Assembly (NCBI GenBank): GCA_951406725.2 | Contig: OX597821.1 | Location: 25,730,001 to 25,794,000, forward strand | Direction: 5' to 3' | Origin: Octopus vulgaris | Taxonomy: Eukaryota | Length of the DNA stretch: 64,000 bases | Part shown: positions 12,658 to 26,190 of the stretch, one piece after another | Layout of the letters: every line of letters starts with the position of its first letter | Numbering within the stretch: the stretch's first letter is position 1 | The notes under the pieces: generated by a model | The model's database searches: none | What the model was told of the DNA's origin: nothing | Seen by the model: only the letters and a program-made list of their open reading frames with translations | Position numbers and translations under genes: made by a program

Positions 12658-13659
12658 GGAGTATAAGTATGAGTCTTATAAAATAAGTATGAGTCTTTGA
12701 AAAATAAGTCCTGGGAATAATTTGATTGACTATAACCTTTCAAGGTGGAACTCCAGCATGGCCACAATCCAATGACTAAATATTAACCGGTACTGTTGAA
12801 AATATACAAGTCAAATTTTTATTAACTACAACAACATAAAATGCTGTCGTATTTATTCTTCTGCTACATGCAGCTTCAAAATTTCTTTGTTTTGCATCGA
12901 ATAGAAAACGAAAATATTTGGACCTTCTTCATATTAACTTGGTGATATCTTAAACAAATTTTCATTGTAAAAATGAAAAGGAAACTTGCCTTTGAAAGGA
13001 ATATAAAAACTGGTGGAGATAAATTTGTCATAGTTCAGAAAACCTGACAAAAACTGCTGAAAGTTTTGGACATAAACATTGGAACTTAATATTGGAGATT
13101 GGCAGATGTATTAACAATGTATTGATTCTACAGAAGTCTCGGGAATGATTATTAGAACAACTGAAGGACCTAAATTTATTTCTCTGACACAGGAATATTA
13201 TCTTTCTCTTTTATATAGCTGTTATGTGCATGTGTGTGTGCGTGTATGCACGTGCGTGTGCGTGTGTATGTGTGTATGTGTGTGTGTATGTGTATGTGTG
13301 TGTGTGTGTGTACATATTTTAGAGAGGGGGAGAGATAGATAGATCATCATCATCATCGTTGTTGCCATCATTTAAAATATACTTTCCATGCATGCATGAG
13401 TCAGAAAGAATTTGTTTAGGCAAATTTTCTACAGCTGGATGTCCTTCCTGTTACAAACTCTCAAGCAAATGTCTCCTTGTCTTTTACTATAGCCCTGAGC
13501 TAACCAATGCCTTGCAAGTGGATTCAAGGATGGAAACTATATGGAAGCTCATCATTTGTGTGTGTGTGCACCTGCATGTGCATATGCATGCATGTATGCG
13601 TGTGTGTTTGTCTTTGTGTTTGTCCCCCTTCATAGTTGATAGAATAATACCATACTTAA

Positions 13660-13807
13660 CCCTTTAGCATTCAGATTTCTCTATCAAATGTAATACTTAT
13701 CTATTCACATTGTTGCTCTGAGATTGTGATGATGGGAATCTTGCTGATTTGAACATCAAACAGGTAGAATATTTTGACCAGATATGACTTGTTTAGATGC
13801 TAAAAGA
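13660..13807. mobile_element. piggyBac-like MITE
   Basis: TTAA flanks; TIRs CCCTTTAGCAT / ATGCTAAAAGA; related to 43202-43615. Confidence 0.6.
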
Positions 13808-14539
13808 TTAAACTAAACACTGGGGTTGATTGATTTGACTAACATTGCTAGGCAGTGCTCCAGTATGGCTACAGTCCAATGCACAAACCAAGTAAAAAAA
13901 ATGAAGTAAGGATACAATTGAAGACCTTAGTTTCTGGGAATTCATTCCATAAACACAAGTGCAGTACTTTATGCAGGCAGATTAGATAGAATCTACTGAG
14001 CTTTTGACTGTGCCCACTGTAAACTGCTCCTATCTCATTAGTATACAGCAGAGTTAGCAAAACAGTGTCTGTGTAGACCTTTAACTTGATTTGGAAATCA
14101 TGACACTTCTAGACATTTTTGTCAAGTTTGCTCAAGGCAGTTCTGCCATTGACGTACTTCGTTGTCAATGTGGACAAATAGGAAGGAGCTGCTAATGTGC
14201 GCGAACTGTTTTAGAATGTAATTCTTTTTAAATCACTCTAAATGGTCCTTTTATGAGTTTACATAGAGTTTAGAGGTTAAATATTGTTGTCTGAAGGTGT
14301 CAAGCTGGCAGAAATGTTAGCCCACCAGGCAAAATGCTTAGCGGTATTTTATCTGACTTTATGTTCTGAGTTCAGATGTCTCCAGGGTCAACTTTGCCTT
14401 TCATCCTTTTGAGGTCGACAAAATAAGTACCAGTTGAACACTGTGTTTGATGTAATCAACTTAGCCCCACCCCGAAATTACTGGCCTTGTGCAAAAATTT
14501 GAAACCAATATTATTTGTTGTCTATCTTTAAGTCAAATA

Positions 14540-14950
14540 TTCAGTATATCATCAAGCAAATGCCATCTTGAAAGAAATCAAGTCAACAGTTTAGACATGG
14601 TTGAAAAAGAATGATAATGGAGAGATGATGTGAGGGTGTGAGGTAGATACCTATTTGCTTATGTGGTAAGTCAGACCTGCATGGCTCCACAATTTGTATA
14701 TTGGTGATGATCCTGGAATGGATTTAAGAATAAATGCTAGTCAGTTGATTCAGTAGATAGGGTGCACTGTAAAGCCATTAAAAGAAGCCACGAAGCAGTG
14801 CACAGTCTCTCTTGATGACCTCTGAAATCAACATGCATCTGGTATGCAGAGCTTTTCATTGACTGCATCTGCACAAGCAAGCTGTTTCCAAATCTCAGTT
14901 GTTTCTGAGACTTGGTTCCTATGAGAGTACACTCTGGCTTTCATGGAGAT
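14540..14950 (+). mobile_element. Highly decayed Hero-like non-LTR 3' end
   Basis: WLKKNDN motif plus 3'UTR similarity (GTGCACA.TCTC..TGATGACC...GGTATGCAGAG) to 16980-17045. Confidence 0.4.
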
Positions 14951-14961
14951 AATGAAATCTT

Positions 14962-15188
14962 CGAGCTGGCAGAAACGTTAGCACGCCGGGCGAAATGCGT
15001 AGCCGTATTTCGTCTGCCATTACGTTCTGGGTTCAAATTCCGCCGAGGTCAACTTTGCCTTTCGTCCTTTCAGGGTCGATAAATTAAGTACCAGTTATGC
15101 ACTGGAGTTGATGTAATCAACTTAATCCATTTGTCTGTCCTTGTTTGTCTCATCTGTGTTTAGCCCCTTGTGGGTAGTAAAGAAATAT
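14962..15188 (+). mobile_element. SINE family A
   Basis: CGAGCTGGCAGAAACGTTAGCACGCCGGGCGAAATG...TGGGTAGTAAAGAAATA. Confidence 0.85.
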
Positions 15189-16650
15189 ATCAGGATTCCG
15201 TTCACATTTGGGATAATTATAAGAGTATATATTGATTTCATAACAGGTATCTGTCAACCTCAGAATGATGAAAAGCAAAATTATCTGCTCTTAAATTATG
15301 GGTACTAGGGTGGTACTAAGGTGTTGAGCTGGCAGAACCATTAGTGGTTTTTCATCCACTGCTACATTCTGAGGTCAGATTCCACTGATGTCAACTTTGC
15401 TTTTCCTCCTTTTGGGGGTCAGTAAAATAAGTACCAGTTCAGCACTGGAGCCAATGTAATCAACTTATCAATCCCCTCCCCCAAAATTGCTGGCATTGTG
15501 CCAAAATTTGAAACAATATACTGGGGTAGTGGAATGGTTTAATTCAATTAACAGTGCTTCCTTTTTGTTTATCGAAATAATTTTAGCCTAAGCAAACAAA
15601 AAGAGTGTTAAGCATTATACCCTTGTCATGTTAAATAACAGCTCTCCATCCTGTTTCAAGACCCTCTGTCTAATTATATACTGTATTCAAATCATTAAAT
15701 AAAGAATGCGGTTCCTTTCTCACCCACTTCCTATTTTACCCTACTCAAAACGAAATTTGTCCTATTTGCTCTCTCATTTCAATATACTTCCTTCACCGAT
15801 ATTCAAGCAACATCTTAGAATTTGAGATTTCTTTTTTTTTTGGCTTTGTTTTACAATAAAATTTAATTTTTTAAACAAAAAATTTTTTCTATCACCTCCA
15901 CCACCCCACCACCAACATAACCACACTGACCCTGCCACTATCACCACCCTCATCACCACTGTCACTGCCTACCACTATCGTCAATCACCCACTACTATCA
16001 ATCCACCACTCCTAACAATTCACCATCAACACCACTACCACTAAAAACTTCAAATGCTTTTTTCTTTTAATATTTAGTGTATCCTTGTTTGGTCTCTGCA
16101 CCAAATTGATGTGTGTGTATGTGTGTGTGTCCCTACCCTAGCTTACTTGAGAAACTGATGGAATGTTCTTCCCAACTTGATAAAATGTGTATAAAAAAAA
16201 GCCATCTGATTTGCAGATAATCTTACGGTATTTCATCATTTATAAACCGTTATCATCTTACCATCATGTTGCTTTATCTCTTGGCTGCCAAAGACTGTCT
16301 GCCAATATTGGTTGCCTTCTAGATCTCTCTTTCACAACTTTGAGCTGGTCTCTTTAGCTTTTCATCTTTTACTTGTTTCTGTTATTGAACTGCGGCCATG
16401 CTGGGGCATTGTCTTGAAGGATTTTAGTCAAACAAACTGGCCATGGTTCTTATGCCTCTTTTGAAAAAAAAAATTCTGGTATTTAATCTATTGGTCTCTT
16501 TTACCGATCTGCTAAGTTACTGGGAGGTAAACAAACCAACAGTAGTTGTCAAATATTGCAGGGATTGACACAAATACATGCACATGCTCTCTCTCCCTCT
16601 CTCTCTCTCTCTCACACACACGTCAGTGGATCATATATCCAAAAAAGATT

Positions 16651-17090
16651 CACGCTCTAAAAGTTAGAGCAGTAATGTATTTACACAGAGTTATGTAAAC
16701 CTCCTCGAGGAATGTGAAGACACAGGCTGGAAAGCCCAATTGAAGTCGGATGTAGAGGGTTTGTTGGACACAGCATGAGATGACTGTTGTTATCGTTAGG
16801 CCTATGACCGATATCCAAACTACAATGGAGAAGGCTAGCCACTGGATTTGGTCAAAAAGAGACAATGAGCGATGGCTAGAAGAATATTGAGCTATCTTTG
16901 ATAACCAGTTGATCTAGCATGTGGGGCCTCATATCAGTGAGGGGGGTCAGTGCGCATTGATGCTGTCGAGAGGTAGGCCCCGAAATGGTGCACATTCTCT
17001 CCTGATGACCCCATACACTTACTGGCTTCCGGTATGCAGAGTTTTTAACTGGTAGCACTTGCATGTGCAAGTTGTTTGCAAGACATATGT
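16651..17090 (+). pseudogene. Hero/R2-superfamily non-LTR retrotransposon 3' end (restriction-like endonuclease C-terminus plus 3'UTR)
   Basis: Plus frames give LLEECEDTGWKAQ / EVGCRGFVGHSMR*LLLSLGL / MEKASHWIWSKRDNERWLEEY*, matching the Hero C-terminal VEVGCRGF...AS.WLW.KR signature. Confidence 0.7.
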
Positions 17091-17710
17091 CCAATCATAG
17101 AATAACCAATGGTTTCACATAGCTTTGCTTTATAGACAACTTGTTAGATTCCAATGGCCACAGGCATATATGCTCTCTTCAAACAGGAGGTAGAAAACTG
17201 TTATGGTCAGTTAATTTGTAAACAAAAGAATGATATAAACGGTCTTAACCTTAAACTCGTCCTATCTCAATCATGTTCCATTAATGTATAGAGTGCACTG
17301 GAAAGAGTTTCCTGAAGGGATTAAAGAAACATTACTAATTCATTTTTCTTCAAAATACTTTAATAATTTAATTTTTATTTGTTTCAGTCATTAGATTATA
17401 GCCATGCTGGGGCATCATCTCAATGAATTTTTTTTAGTCAAATGAGCCAACCCCAGTACTTTTTTAAGCCTGATACTTATTTTATCAATATCTTTTATCG
17501 AACCACTAAGTTACAGTGGTGGAGAACAAACACACACACACAACAGGCTTCTTTCAGTTTCTGTCCACCAAATCCACTCACAAGACCTCAGTCAGCTCGA
17601 GGTCATAGTAGAAGACATTTTCCCAAGCTGCAGTGGGACTGAACCTGGAACCACACGGCCACACCTGAATTAATTTATCAATGTCAAATCACAGACTATA
17701 TTTCTGTCAA

Positions 17711-17930
17711 AAGGCGGCGAGCTGGTAGAAACGTTAGCACGCCGGGCGAAATTCGTCTGTCGTTACGTTCCGAGTTCAAATTCCGCCGAGGTCGACTTTG
17801 CCTTTCATCCTTTCGGGGTCGATAAATTAAGTACCAGTTACGCACTGGGGTCGATGTAGTCGACGTAATCCCTTTGTCTGTCCTTGTTTGTCCCCTCTGT
17901 GTTTAGCCCCTTGTGGGTAGTAAAGAAATA
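17711..17930 (+). mobile_element. SINE family A, young copy with TSD
   Basis: 14-bp direct repeat TATATTTCTGTCAA on both sides; CpGs intact. Confidence 0.9.
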
Positions 17931-18189
17931 TATATTTCTGTCAATTAAGGAAAATTTATTAGATCAGTGGTTCTCAAACTGACCAGCACACCACCACTAC
18001 TACAAAGAAAAGAAAAAAAGAAAAATAGTTCCCTACTCTCTTAATGAGACGACAAAATGGAGCTAACATCCATAGAATTCTTTCCTTGCAACAGTGCTGG
18101 ATATCTATACAAAGTTTAAAACTCTAATTTTATTGAACCTGGCTGTTTTCACTTTCTGTCAATCTCTGCAGTTCTCTCCTCATGAGAAA

Positions 18190-18870
18190 TATTGGTATAA
18201 ATCAAATATAGAATAAAGCGAGCAGAGAGGCCAAATATAGAGTGTGTGGATACTGGATAGACCAAAGATAATGTAGCAGACATTACATAGACCAAATATA
18301 GAGTATGTGAACATTGGATATGGCTCAGTGGTTAGAGTGTCGAGCTTACGATCGTGAGGTTGTGAGCTCGAATCTCGGACCGGGCTGCGTGTTGTGTTCT
18401 TGAGCAAGACACTTTATTTCATGTTGCTCCAGTTCACTCAACTGTAGAAATGAGTTGCGACATCACGGGTGCCATGCTATATCAGCTGATGCCTTTCCCC
18501 TGGATAACACTGGTGTCGTGGAGAGGGGAGGCCGGTATGCATGGGCGACTGCTGGTCTTCTATAAACAACCTTGCTCGGACTTGTGCCTTGGAAGGTAAC
18601 TTTCTAGGTGCAATCCCATGGTCAGTGCCGAACGTTGGATAGACCAAATATTGTGTAAACACTAAATAAATGTAGGTGGATATGGACAGACAAAATATAG
18701 GATTGATACTAAACAGAGTATTTATAGTGTGGATACAGGATGGTGTAAATATTAAATGTAGACATTAAATAAACCCAATACATAGTATGTGGATACTACT
18801 GAATAAAGATGTGTATATGTTGTACACTAAATATAATGTGTACACCTTGGACACCAAATAAACAAAATGT
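18190..18870. repeat. Degenerate ~29-bp minisatellite interrupted by a SINE
   Basis: Recurrent TGGATAGACCAAATATAGAGTATGTG-like units on both sides of the family C SINE. Confidence 0.55.
18319..18625 (+). mobile_element. tRNA-derived SINE, family C
   Basis: A-box TGGCTCAGTGG and B-box-like GCTCGAATCTC in a tRNA-like head, followed by TTCTTGAGCAAGACACTTTATTTC. Confidence 0.85.
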
Positions 18871-19091
18871 AAAACATTGAAAGATTTAACTTCTTGCTTG
18901 TCCAAAGCATTTCCATTGGTCTGTCCTAGACATCCATGTTTGTTCTCAGACTTTTAGCTTGCCCTTGTTTCATATGTTCTGAGTGATATAAAGCATTTTT
19001 TTTCAATAAGTCCCAATTTACACCGGTGATTGAAAGAATTGAGAATGCATGGATATGTCAGGGAAATATGTCCTGTGTATCACATGTCATG

Positions 19092-19430
19092 AAGGTGCAT
19101 GGCTCAGTGTTTAGAACGTTGGGCTCACAATCATGAGGTAGTGGTTTCGATTCCTGGGCTCGGCTATATGTTGTGCTTTTCAGCAAGACAGTTTATTTCA
19201 GTTTATTTAGTTCACTCAGCTGTAGAAATGAGTTTGCAACGTCACTGATGTTAAGCCATATCACCTCTTGCCTTTCCCTTGGATAACACCGGTAGTGTGG
19301 AGTGGGGGGGGGGGGGGGCAGTATGCATGGCTAACTGCTGGTCTTCCACAAACAACTTATACTAGACTTGTGCCTCGAAGGGTAACTTTCTAGGTGCAGC
19401 CTCATGGTCATTCATGACTGAAGGGGTTCT
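19092..19430 (+). mobile_element. SINE family C
   Basis: Homology to the 18319 copy. Confidence 0.8.
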
Positions 19431-19817
19431 TTTTGTCTTTTATTTTAATCTTTTTATTTGTTTCAGTCATTGGACTGTGGCCATGCTGGGACACCTCCTT
19501 GAAGGGTTTATTTGAACAAATCATCCCCAATATTTATTTGTAAGCCTAGTACTTAGTCTATTGGTCTCTTTTGTCAAACAGTTAAGTTACGGGGACATAA
19601 CCAAATCAACACTAGTTTTCAAATGATGGTGGGAGTACAAACATAAGCATAAGGACACTCACACCCAATAAACAGGCTTCTTTCAGTTTTCATCTGCCAA
19701 ATCCACTCTCAAGGGTTTGGTTTGCCCAAGGTGCTACGTAGTGGAACCAAATCCAAAACTGTGCAGTTGCAAAGCAACCTTTCTTAACCATGCAGACATG
19801 TCTGCACCTATATATAT

Positions 19818-20050
19818 CTTTCATCTTAATCGAAGGAGAGGGGCTTTCTTCATCCAGGTTGCGGATCCGTGGAATAAGCTGCCGGACGAGATAGTGAGGA
19901 TGCCGACGACCGCTCAGTTCAAAGTCTCTCTTGACCAGAAATGGCCTGAACTCTTTGCATGAACACCACCCTGTACATAACTCCATGTCCCCCTACATGG
20001 CCTTGCTTTTTGCTTTTTGAGCCAAAAAACTAACTTAACTTAACTTAACT
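19818..20050 (+). mobile_element. 5'-truncated CR1-type LINE 3' end
   Basis: FHLNRRRGAFFIQVADPWNKLPDEIVRMPTTAQFKVSLDQKWPELFA* then a short UTR and (TAACT)n tail; near-identical copies at 32490 and 40350. Confidence 0.8.
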
Positions 20051-20242
20051 TTCTCTATATAGATTGATTGATAGATAAATATATTCCTCTTACACTGTCC
20101 ATTTATTTCTCACATTACTTACATCATCTCCCCCATTACTGACACTGATTTTTTCCCCCACCATGTCCCCTCTCATATTCTCCCCACATTTCATTTATTC
20201 CATTTTACTTTCACAATTTTGTGAGAGCCAATTCATGACCCA

Positions 20243-21062
20243 TTTTCTCTTTCTCTCTCCCCAGAAAGGAGCAAGTGTCCAAAACAATGGAATTTTTCAA
20301 TTTATATCAAATCAACTCACTGCAATTTATTTTCAAGATACCATGGTATGATGTGAAGGAGATTTGATTGCTATTTCTAACAGGTCCAGCATCCACAAAG
20401 GCTCACTTATTGGTTTGTGATGTAATTCTTTTCATTCTGTATATTAGTTAAGACTACATATGACAGAATGTAGAGAACTAAAGCAGATGTCTTCCTATAT
20501 CTAATGGGATACATCTTGGTTTGAGTTTCAAATTTTATCCTCACAAAACCCTCTCACCACAACCCACATATTGTCAACTGATTGTCAATTGATGCCTTAC
20601 TTTCTCTCTTTCTCTCTCTCCCCCCTCTCTCTCCCTCTCTAAAGAGAGGCAAGTGTCTGAAACAATGGAATTTCTTACTGTTTATATGTAGTCAACTCAC
20701 TGCAATTTGTTTTCAAGACACCATGGTATGATTTAAGGGAGATTTGATTGCTATTTCTAACAGGTCCAGCATCCACAAAGGCTAACTCAATGGCTTGTGG
20801 TGTAATTCTTTTCATTAGTTAAGCCCAGTGCTGGATTTAGGGCAAATGAGGCCCTGTGCTAGTTAGGTTAATAGGGCCCTTACTTGTTGGTCAACAGAGC
20901 CGTGTGCACACCTAAGCACAGTGGTAAATCTGGCACTGGTTAAGACTACATATGACAGAATGTAGAGCGCTAAAGTAGATGTCTTCCTATATGTAATGAT
21001 GATATGTAATGGCTTGAGTTTCAAATTTTATCCTCACAAAACCTTCCCATCACAGCCCACAC
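20243..21062. repeat. Local tandem duplication (~330-370-bp unit, two copies)
   Basis: GCAAGTGTC..AAACAATGGAATT...CACAAAACC occurs at about 20270-20550 and again at about 20650-21045. Confidence 0.8.
20826..20938. mobile_element. hAT-type MITE (113 bp)
   Basis: TIRs CAGTGCTGGATTTA / TAAATCTGGCACTG; 8-bp TSD GTTAAGCC / GTTAAGAC; empty site GTTAAGAC at 20447-20454 in the other duplicate. Confidence 0.85.
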
Positions 21063-21216
21063 AATGGCTTCACAGTCAGCACTCAAATGGTAATTGTGTG
21101 GATTACAGTAATATGATTTAGGATCGTAGTTTTTAGAGCTGTGATGATGATAAATTGTGAAATAGTTGTGTGGGTTGTGCTAATGGTAATTTGAGAGATA
21201 ATTGAATGGATTGTGG

Positions 21217-21628
21217 CATAGGCATGGCTGTGTGGTAAGAAGCTTGCTTCTCAACCATATGGTTTCGGGTTCAGTTCCACTGCATGGCACCATGGGTAAA
21301 TGTCTTCTACTATAGCCTCAGGCCGACCAAAGCCTTGGGAGTGGATTTGGTAGATGGAAACTGAAAGAAGCTTGTCATGTATATGTACATATTTATGTGT
21401 GTGTGTCTTTGTGTCTGTGTTTTTCCCCCCATCATCGCTTGACAACTGATGTTGGTGTATTTACATCCCCATAACTTAGCAGTTTAGCAAGGGATACTGA
21501 CAGAATAAGTACTAGGCTTACAAAGAGTGAGTCCTGGGGCTTGGTTTCTTTGACTAAAAACTCTTTAAGGCAGTGCTCCAGCATGGTCATAGTCAAATGA
21601 CTGAAACAAGTAAAAGAATAAAAGAATA
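21217..21628 (+). mobile_element. SINE family B inserted in a degenerate ~35-bp GT-rich minisatellite
   Basis: Family B sequence flanked by GTGATGGTAAATTGTGAGGTAGTTGTG-like units. Confidence 0.8.
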
Positions 21629-21924
21629 GGGAATTGTGAGTTAGCCGTGTGGGCTATCGTGATGGTAAGTTGTGAAGCTATTGTATGGTTTAAAAGTGAT
21701 GGTAAATTGTGAAGTAGTTGAATGGGTTATAGTAATGGTGTAGTGTGAAGTAGATGGGTAGTTTTATGGTGATGATGAATTATGAGGTAGTTGTATAGGC
21801 TGCGGTAATGGTGAATTATGAGGTGACTATGTAGTTTGTGGTGATAGTGAGTTGTGAGGGGTTCTATTGTTTATGGTGATTGTAAATTACGAGGTAGTTG
21901 TGTGAATTGTAATAAGGAAGTAAA

Positions 21925-22410
21925 GTTACCTTCTTGAGTAATACCAACTCATGAGGGCCAGTTTGCCAGTTTCCTGGTTTCGTGGCATATAAATTTCCCA
22001 TGTAGATAGGATGCCAGTCCATCGGAGGATCAGTCATTTTTGCCAGCTGAGTGGACTGGAAAAATTTGTGAAATGAAGTGTTTTGTTCAAGAGCACAACA
22101 CATTACCCGGTCCAGGAATCGAAACCACAATCTTACGATCATGAGTCCAATACTAAGCCATGCACCTCCACAAAAGGCAAATTTACCTTCTTGAGTCATA
22201 CCAACTCATAAGGGAGAGGTTTTCCAGTTTCGTGGCATTCATATTCCCCATCTGGATGGGATGCCAGTTCATTGCAGGATTACTCATTTTTGCCAGCTGA
22301 GTGGACTGGAGCAGATATGAAATGAAGTGTTTTGCTCAAGATCACAGTCCAGGAACCCGATCCAGGAATTGAAACCATGATCTTATGATCGTAACCAGTA
22401 AGCCATACAC
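21925..22410 (-). mobile_element. Two tandem SINE copies with a V-domain-like GATGGACTGGCATCC core
   Basis: Repeated TTACCTTCTTGAGT.ATACCAACTCAT...GCTGAGTGGACTGGA blocks. Confidence 0.7.
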
Positions 22411-23013
22411 CTACACTGTGGTTTGTAATTATTGTCTGTTGCTAACAAGCCATTGTAGTTGATAACCTGATGATTATGATCCACATAAAAATATTCAGAC
22501 ATTGACATTTTCCAAATAATATAAGACCCTATTTAATCCTAGTGAAAATAACCTATCAGATACTTGCCATAATTTAAGAAGGGGTCATGGATTCTAGGAT
22601 GTGCATGTGTGTAATGGTTTGGTGCATGTATTTTGGGGGGAAGCACATGGTTTTGCAGTTGTATTCATGTCCATAAGATTGTGGTTTTGATTCTTAGATC
22701 AAGCGATGCTTTGTATTCTTGAGCAAAAAAAACACTTCATTTCATGTTACTTCAGTCCACTCAGCTAGCAAAAATGAGTAATCCTTTGATGGACTGGCAT
22801 CCTGACTCAAGATGGACAATTGACCCTTTTAATATGCATTTTTACACTATAGAACAGGGTATTTGTAATGTATAGAGTATGTTATGAAGAATAGACACAT
22901 TTTATTTGTAGCTTACAAGATCGTGGATATTCACCCATGCTTGTTACTGTCTTAGTAACTAGTGCTTAAATTTCCATTATTATGGGACACCCTATATTTG
23001 GTAATAAACTGTA

Positions 23014-23222
23014 TATGAGGGGTGCTGAAAAATTCCTGGCTTTGGGTAAAAGAAAATACAGGAGGATCAATGAATTATGATCTTTTTCAACATGTTCCCC
23101 TCTCAGATTCACACATACATTGCAGTAGTCCTTCTGTTTTTCTAAGCCCTCAGAAGGTTGGGCCTCCAACCAGACCTTTCACAATACCCTTAAAACCAGG
23201 AACTTTTCAGCATCCCCTCATA
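23014..23222. mobile_element. Mariner-derived MITE
   Basis: TIRs TGAGGGGTGCTGAAAAATTCCTGG / CCAGGAACTTTTCAGCATCCCCTCA with TA at both ends. Confidence 0.85.
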
Positions 23223-23859
23223 CTTTTAGTATAAACTTAGTGAGTCTGTAGTTCTTTTATAGGGTAATGTGTGGCAAGATTAGTTGCATGCCAGACAAAA
23301 TACTTTGTTATGTTTATGTTCTGAGTTCAAATTATACCCAAGTCTACTTTGTCTCTTGTCTTCCCAAAGTCAATTAAAATAAGTACCAGTAGACAAGTAC
23401 TGCAGTTGATATATTCATAGCAGAGCAAGAAAATGCCTTTGCGATATTTAGTTATGTCCTTTTGAGTTCTGATTATGCCATTAAAATAAGACATCAACTC
23501 AAGTAATGGTGTTGATTTCATTGACTGTACCAATCCCTCAAATTTTAGGCCTTGTGCCTATATCAGAAATTGATATAATCAGCAACAATAAGCTTGAAGA
23601 TGATAAAGGTTGAAGTTTATTGTGTATAAATAATAGAAAAGTGAAATTATAACTCTGATATTATCTACTTTGGGTGTGACTGAAACCGGTTCTATCCTGA
23701 TCTGTTGTCTCTGTCTGGTGTTAATGAAAAGATTTTCTAACACATTTTTATCAAATGCTGAATTAGTCATAAACTCCTGCATTTTCTGTCTGCTTTCTCT
23801 CTTATATCTACTGTAATCTTAATCATTCTGTCTCATCTTCTCTCTCTTTCTATTCTTTT

Positions 23860-24100
23860 ATGTTGTGCCATTTAGTTCGAGTCTCTTAAGCCATCTCAAT
23901 CCAAATTGTTTGACTTAATCATCTTTCCAGCATTGTCAAGGTCTTCCAAGTGGCCTTTTCCCCATCTCTTGGATACCAGTCAGCAACTGCACTGGTCCAC
24001 CTGTCTGTGAACCTTGCAACATATCTGGCCCAGTGGAACTTGTGCTTTCAGTCCTCTACAATCACATTGTTTATTCCATTCTTGAATTTACAACCATAAA
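23860..24100 (-). pseudogene. RTE LINE ORF C-terminal fragment
   Basis: KFHWARYVARFTDRWTSAVADWYPRDG..RPLGRP resembles the RTE WAGHVAR...WYPRDGKRPRGRP motif. Confidence 0.7.
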
Positions 24101-24239
24101 GCACAAGTATAGTCGTGACTAAAGTGACTAAAGTGACTACAGGTGCTAGTCAACACCAGCATTGCTGGAAATAAGAGTCAAAACAACTCTTAGCCACAGG
24201 CAAGCACTTATCTAATGACTGACAAGGGAGATAAGCTCC

Positions 24240-25140
24240 CTACAGCAAGCGAGATAGAGTCAGATCATCGATGATTTCATCAGTGATCCTTACTACATCT
24301 AGGTATCCCCCCTAGCATTTGATGGAGTCTATTTTCTGTATATTTCTTGTGTTTATTATACCTGTATATCTTCCACACATAAATACTATTTTTCCTGTTA
24401 ACCTTCCTCTGATATTGCTACACCTCTTATGTGTCCATAGCTTGCACCTATGCCTTTCCTACATATTGAGCAGGGTCATCTACCTAAAGGGATTTGTGAT
24501 TTATCTGCTTTCCTACTTACTAAGACTTTGGTTCTTGCTAAATTAACTCTAAGGCCCTTTTATTCTAGACCATTCTTCCACACCTGAAATTTCTTCTTTA
24601 GTTCAGGTAATGTTTCAGCTATAAGAACAAGGTCATCGGCATAGAGGAACTCCCAGGGGAAGCCTGACTTAAATCCTTCTATTATTGCTGGAGGACTATA
24701 ATGAACAAGAGGGGGCTGAGGACTGATCTTTGGTGAACCCTTACTTGTACCCTAAATTCAATGTTATACTTGTTGCCAACCCTCACCTTACTGACAGCAT
24801 CCCAGTACATGGCTTGTACAGCTCCCATCAACCACTTATCTATCCCTAGTTTCCACATTAACCACCTGATAAGGGAACAGGGCACCTTGTCGAAGGCTTT
24901 CTCCATGTCAACAAAACCCAAGTACAGGGGCTTATTTTTGACTTGGTACTTCTGCAGCTGCCTTACCAGGAATATAGCATCAGTGGTGCTTCTCCCTGAC
25001 ACAAAACCAAACTGCATCTCATCTAGACTAACTCTCTTCCTATTTAGTCAGGTTATGACCTTCTCTGTAACTTTCATCACCTGATCCAACAATTGGATAC
25101 CTTGACCCTCTCCATAACCTTCATCACCAGATCCAGGTTG
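24240..25140 (-). pseudogene. RTE-clade reverse transcriptase fragment with Cys/His insert
   Basis: ORF 24682-25017 QFGFVSGRSTTDAIF...FVDMEKAFDKVP...HQRSVLSPLLF, followed by PWEFLYADDLVLIAE and PCSICRK...WTHKRCS; frameshifted. Confidence 0.9.
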
Positions 25141-25759
25141 CTATGTTTATTAATGCAATCCTTACATTGCACAATTATTATTATTTCAACAATGTAAAGT
25201 AAACACTTGTTATTATCATATGGTCTGGTACACAAGGTGAAGTGGTACCTAGTGGAAACATGTAGTGTAAACATTGAAACATCATCACTATCTTTCCAAA
25301 TCTTACTGGAATTTTTGATCCTCCAAAACCCACCTTTTTTGGCTGTAAATTTTGGTCTGAAATACTCGTCTTGTATGCTAGAAAATATAGTAGATACAGT
25401 AACACTGTCAATCCCACCTATACTCACATGCATCCACTGTCTCTCCCACGCGGTCATTCATGCACACATACATTTGTAATTATGCTTTTATGCAAATATA
25501 TACCCCACCACATATTCATGTATACTTGCTTGACCTTTGGATTTATCCACCTCCCTCCCTCCACAAACATCCACACACACATGCACATACACACACATGC
25601 ACATACACACACACATGCATATACACACACATGCACACACACCCACACACATAGACACAAAGGACTGATATTTCAGATTGTTAGTAGAGAGAATTATTTT
25701 GAATTGTTACTATGAGAATATATAAGAAATTTTACTACAAACAAATAATGTGCTGTTAT

Positions 25760-26190
25760 CATGGAGATAGAATGGTTTCTATAGAGACTGTAAAATTGTT
25801 GCTATGGTAATCTTATAATGATTGTAGCAAAGTTAATACTGTTGTCATGCAGATTTAGATTTGTCACCATGGCAAAATTGGAAGTAATGCTACAGTGAAC
25901 TTGGAGCCATTACCATGGAGATATGTTGAGCCATTGCCAAGGCAAAAGTAAAAATTCTTGTCACAGAAAATTGTCAATTGTTGGAGCTGTTGCTATGGAA
26001 ATCTGAGAGCTGTTGTCATGGCAAAAGTGAAAATTGTTGCCACAGAGAATTAAAAGCTGTTACTATGGAGAGTAGAACTGTTGCCATGCCAACAGCAAAA
26101 ATTATGAGCAAGGAGCTTTAGAATCTGTTGCTATGAAGATGTTAGAAGCAGTAACTATGGTGACATTAAAATTGTTGCTATGGTGACTGT
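25760..26190. repeat. Degenerate ~21-22-bp minisatellite
   Basis: Recurrent TGTTGC(T/C)ATGG core. Confidence 0.6.

Noticed and set aside
16975-17015. Hammerhead in the Hero-like UTR (GAAA...CTGATGA)
   Set aside because: Stem II flanks (CCCC and CCCC) cannot pair and stem I has only 3 nt
18319-18385. tRNA gene (also the heads near 41990 and 46200-46270)
   Set aside because: A and B boxes are present but there is no complete cloverleaf or acceptor stem, and the sequence continues into the SINE body
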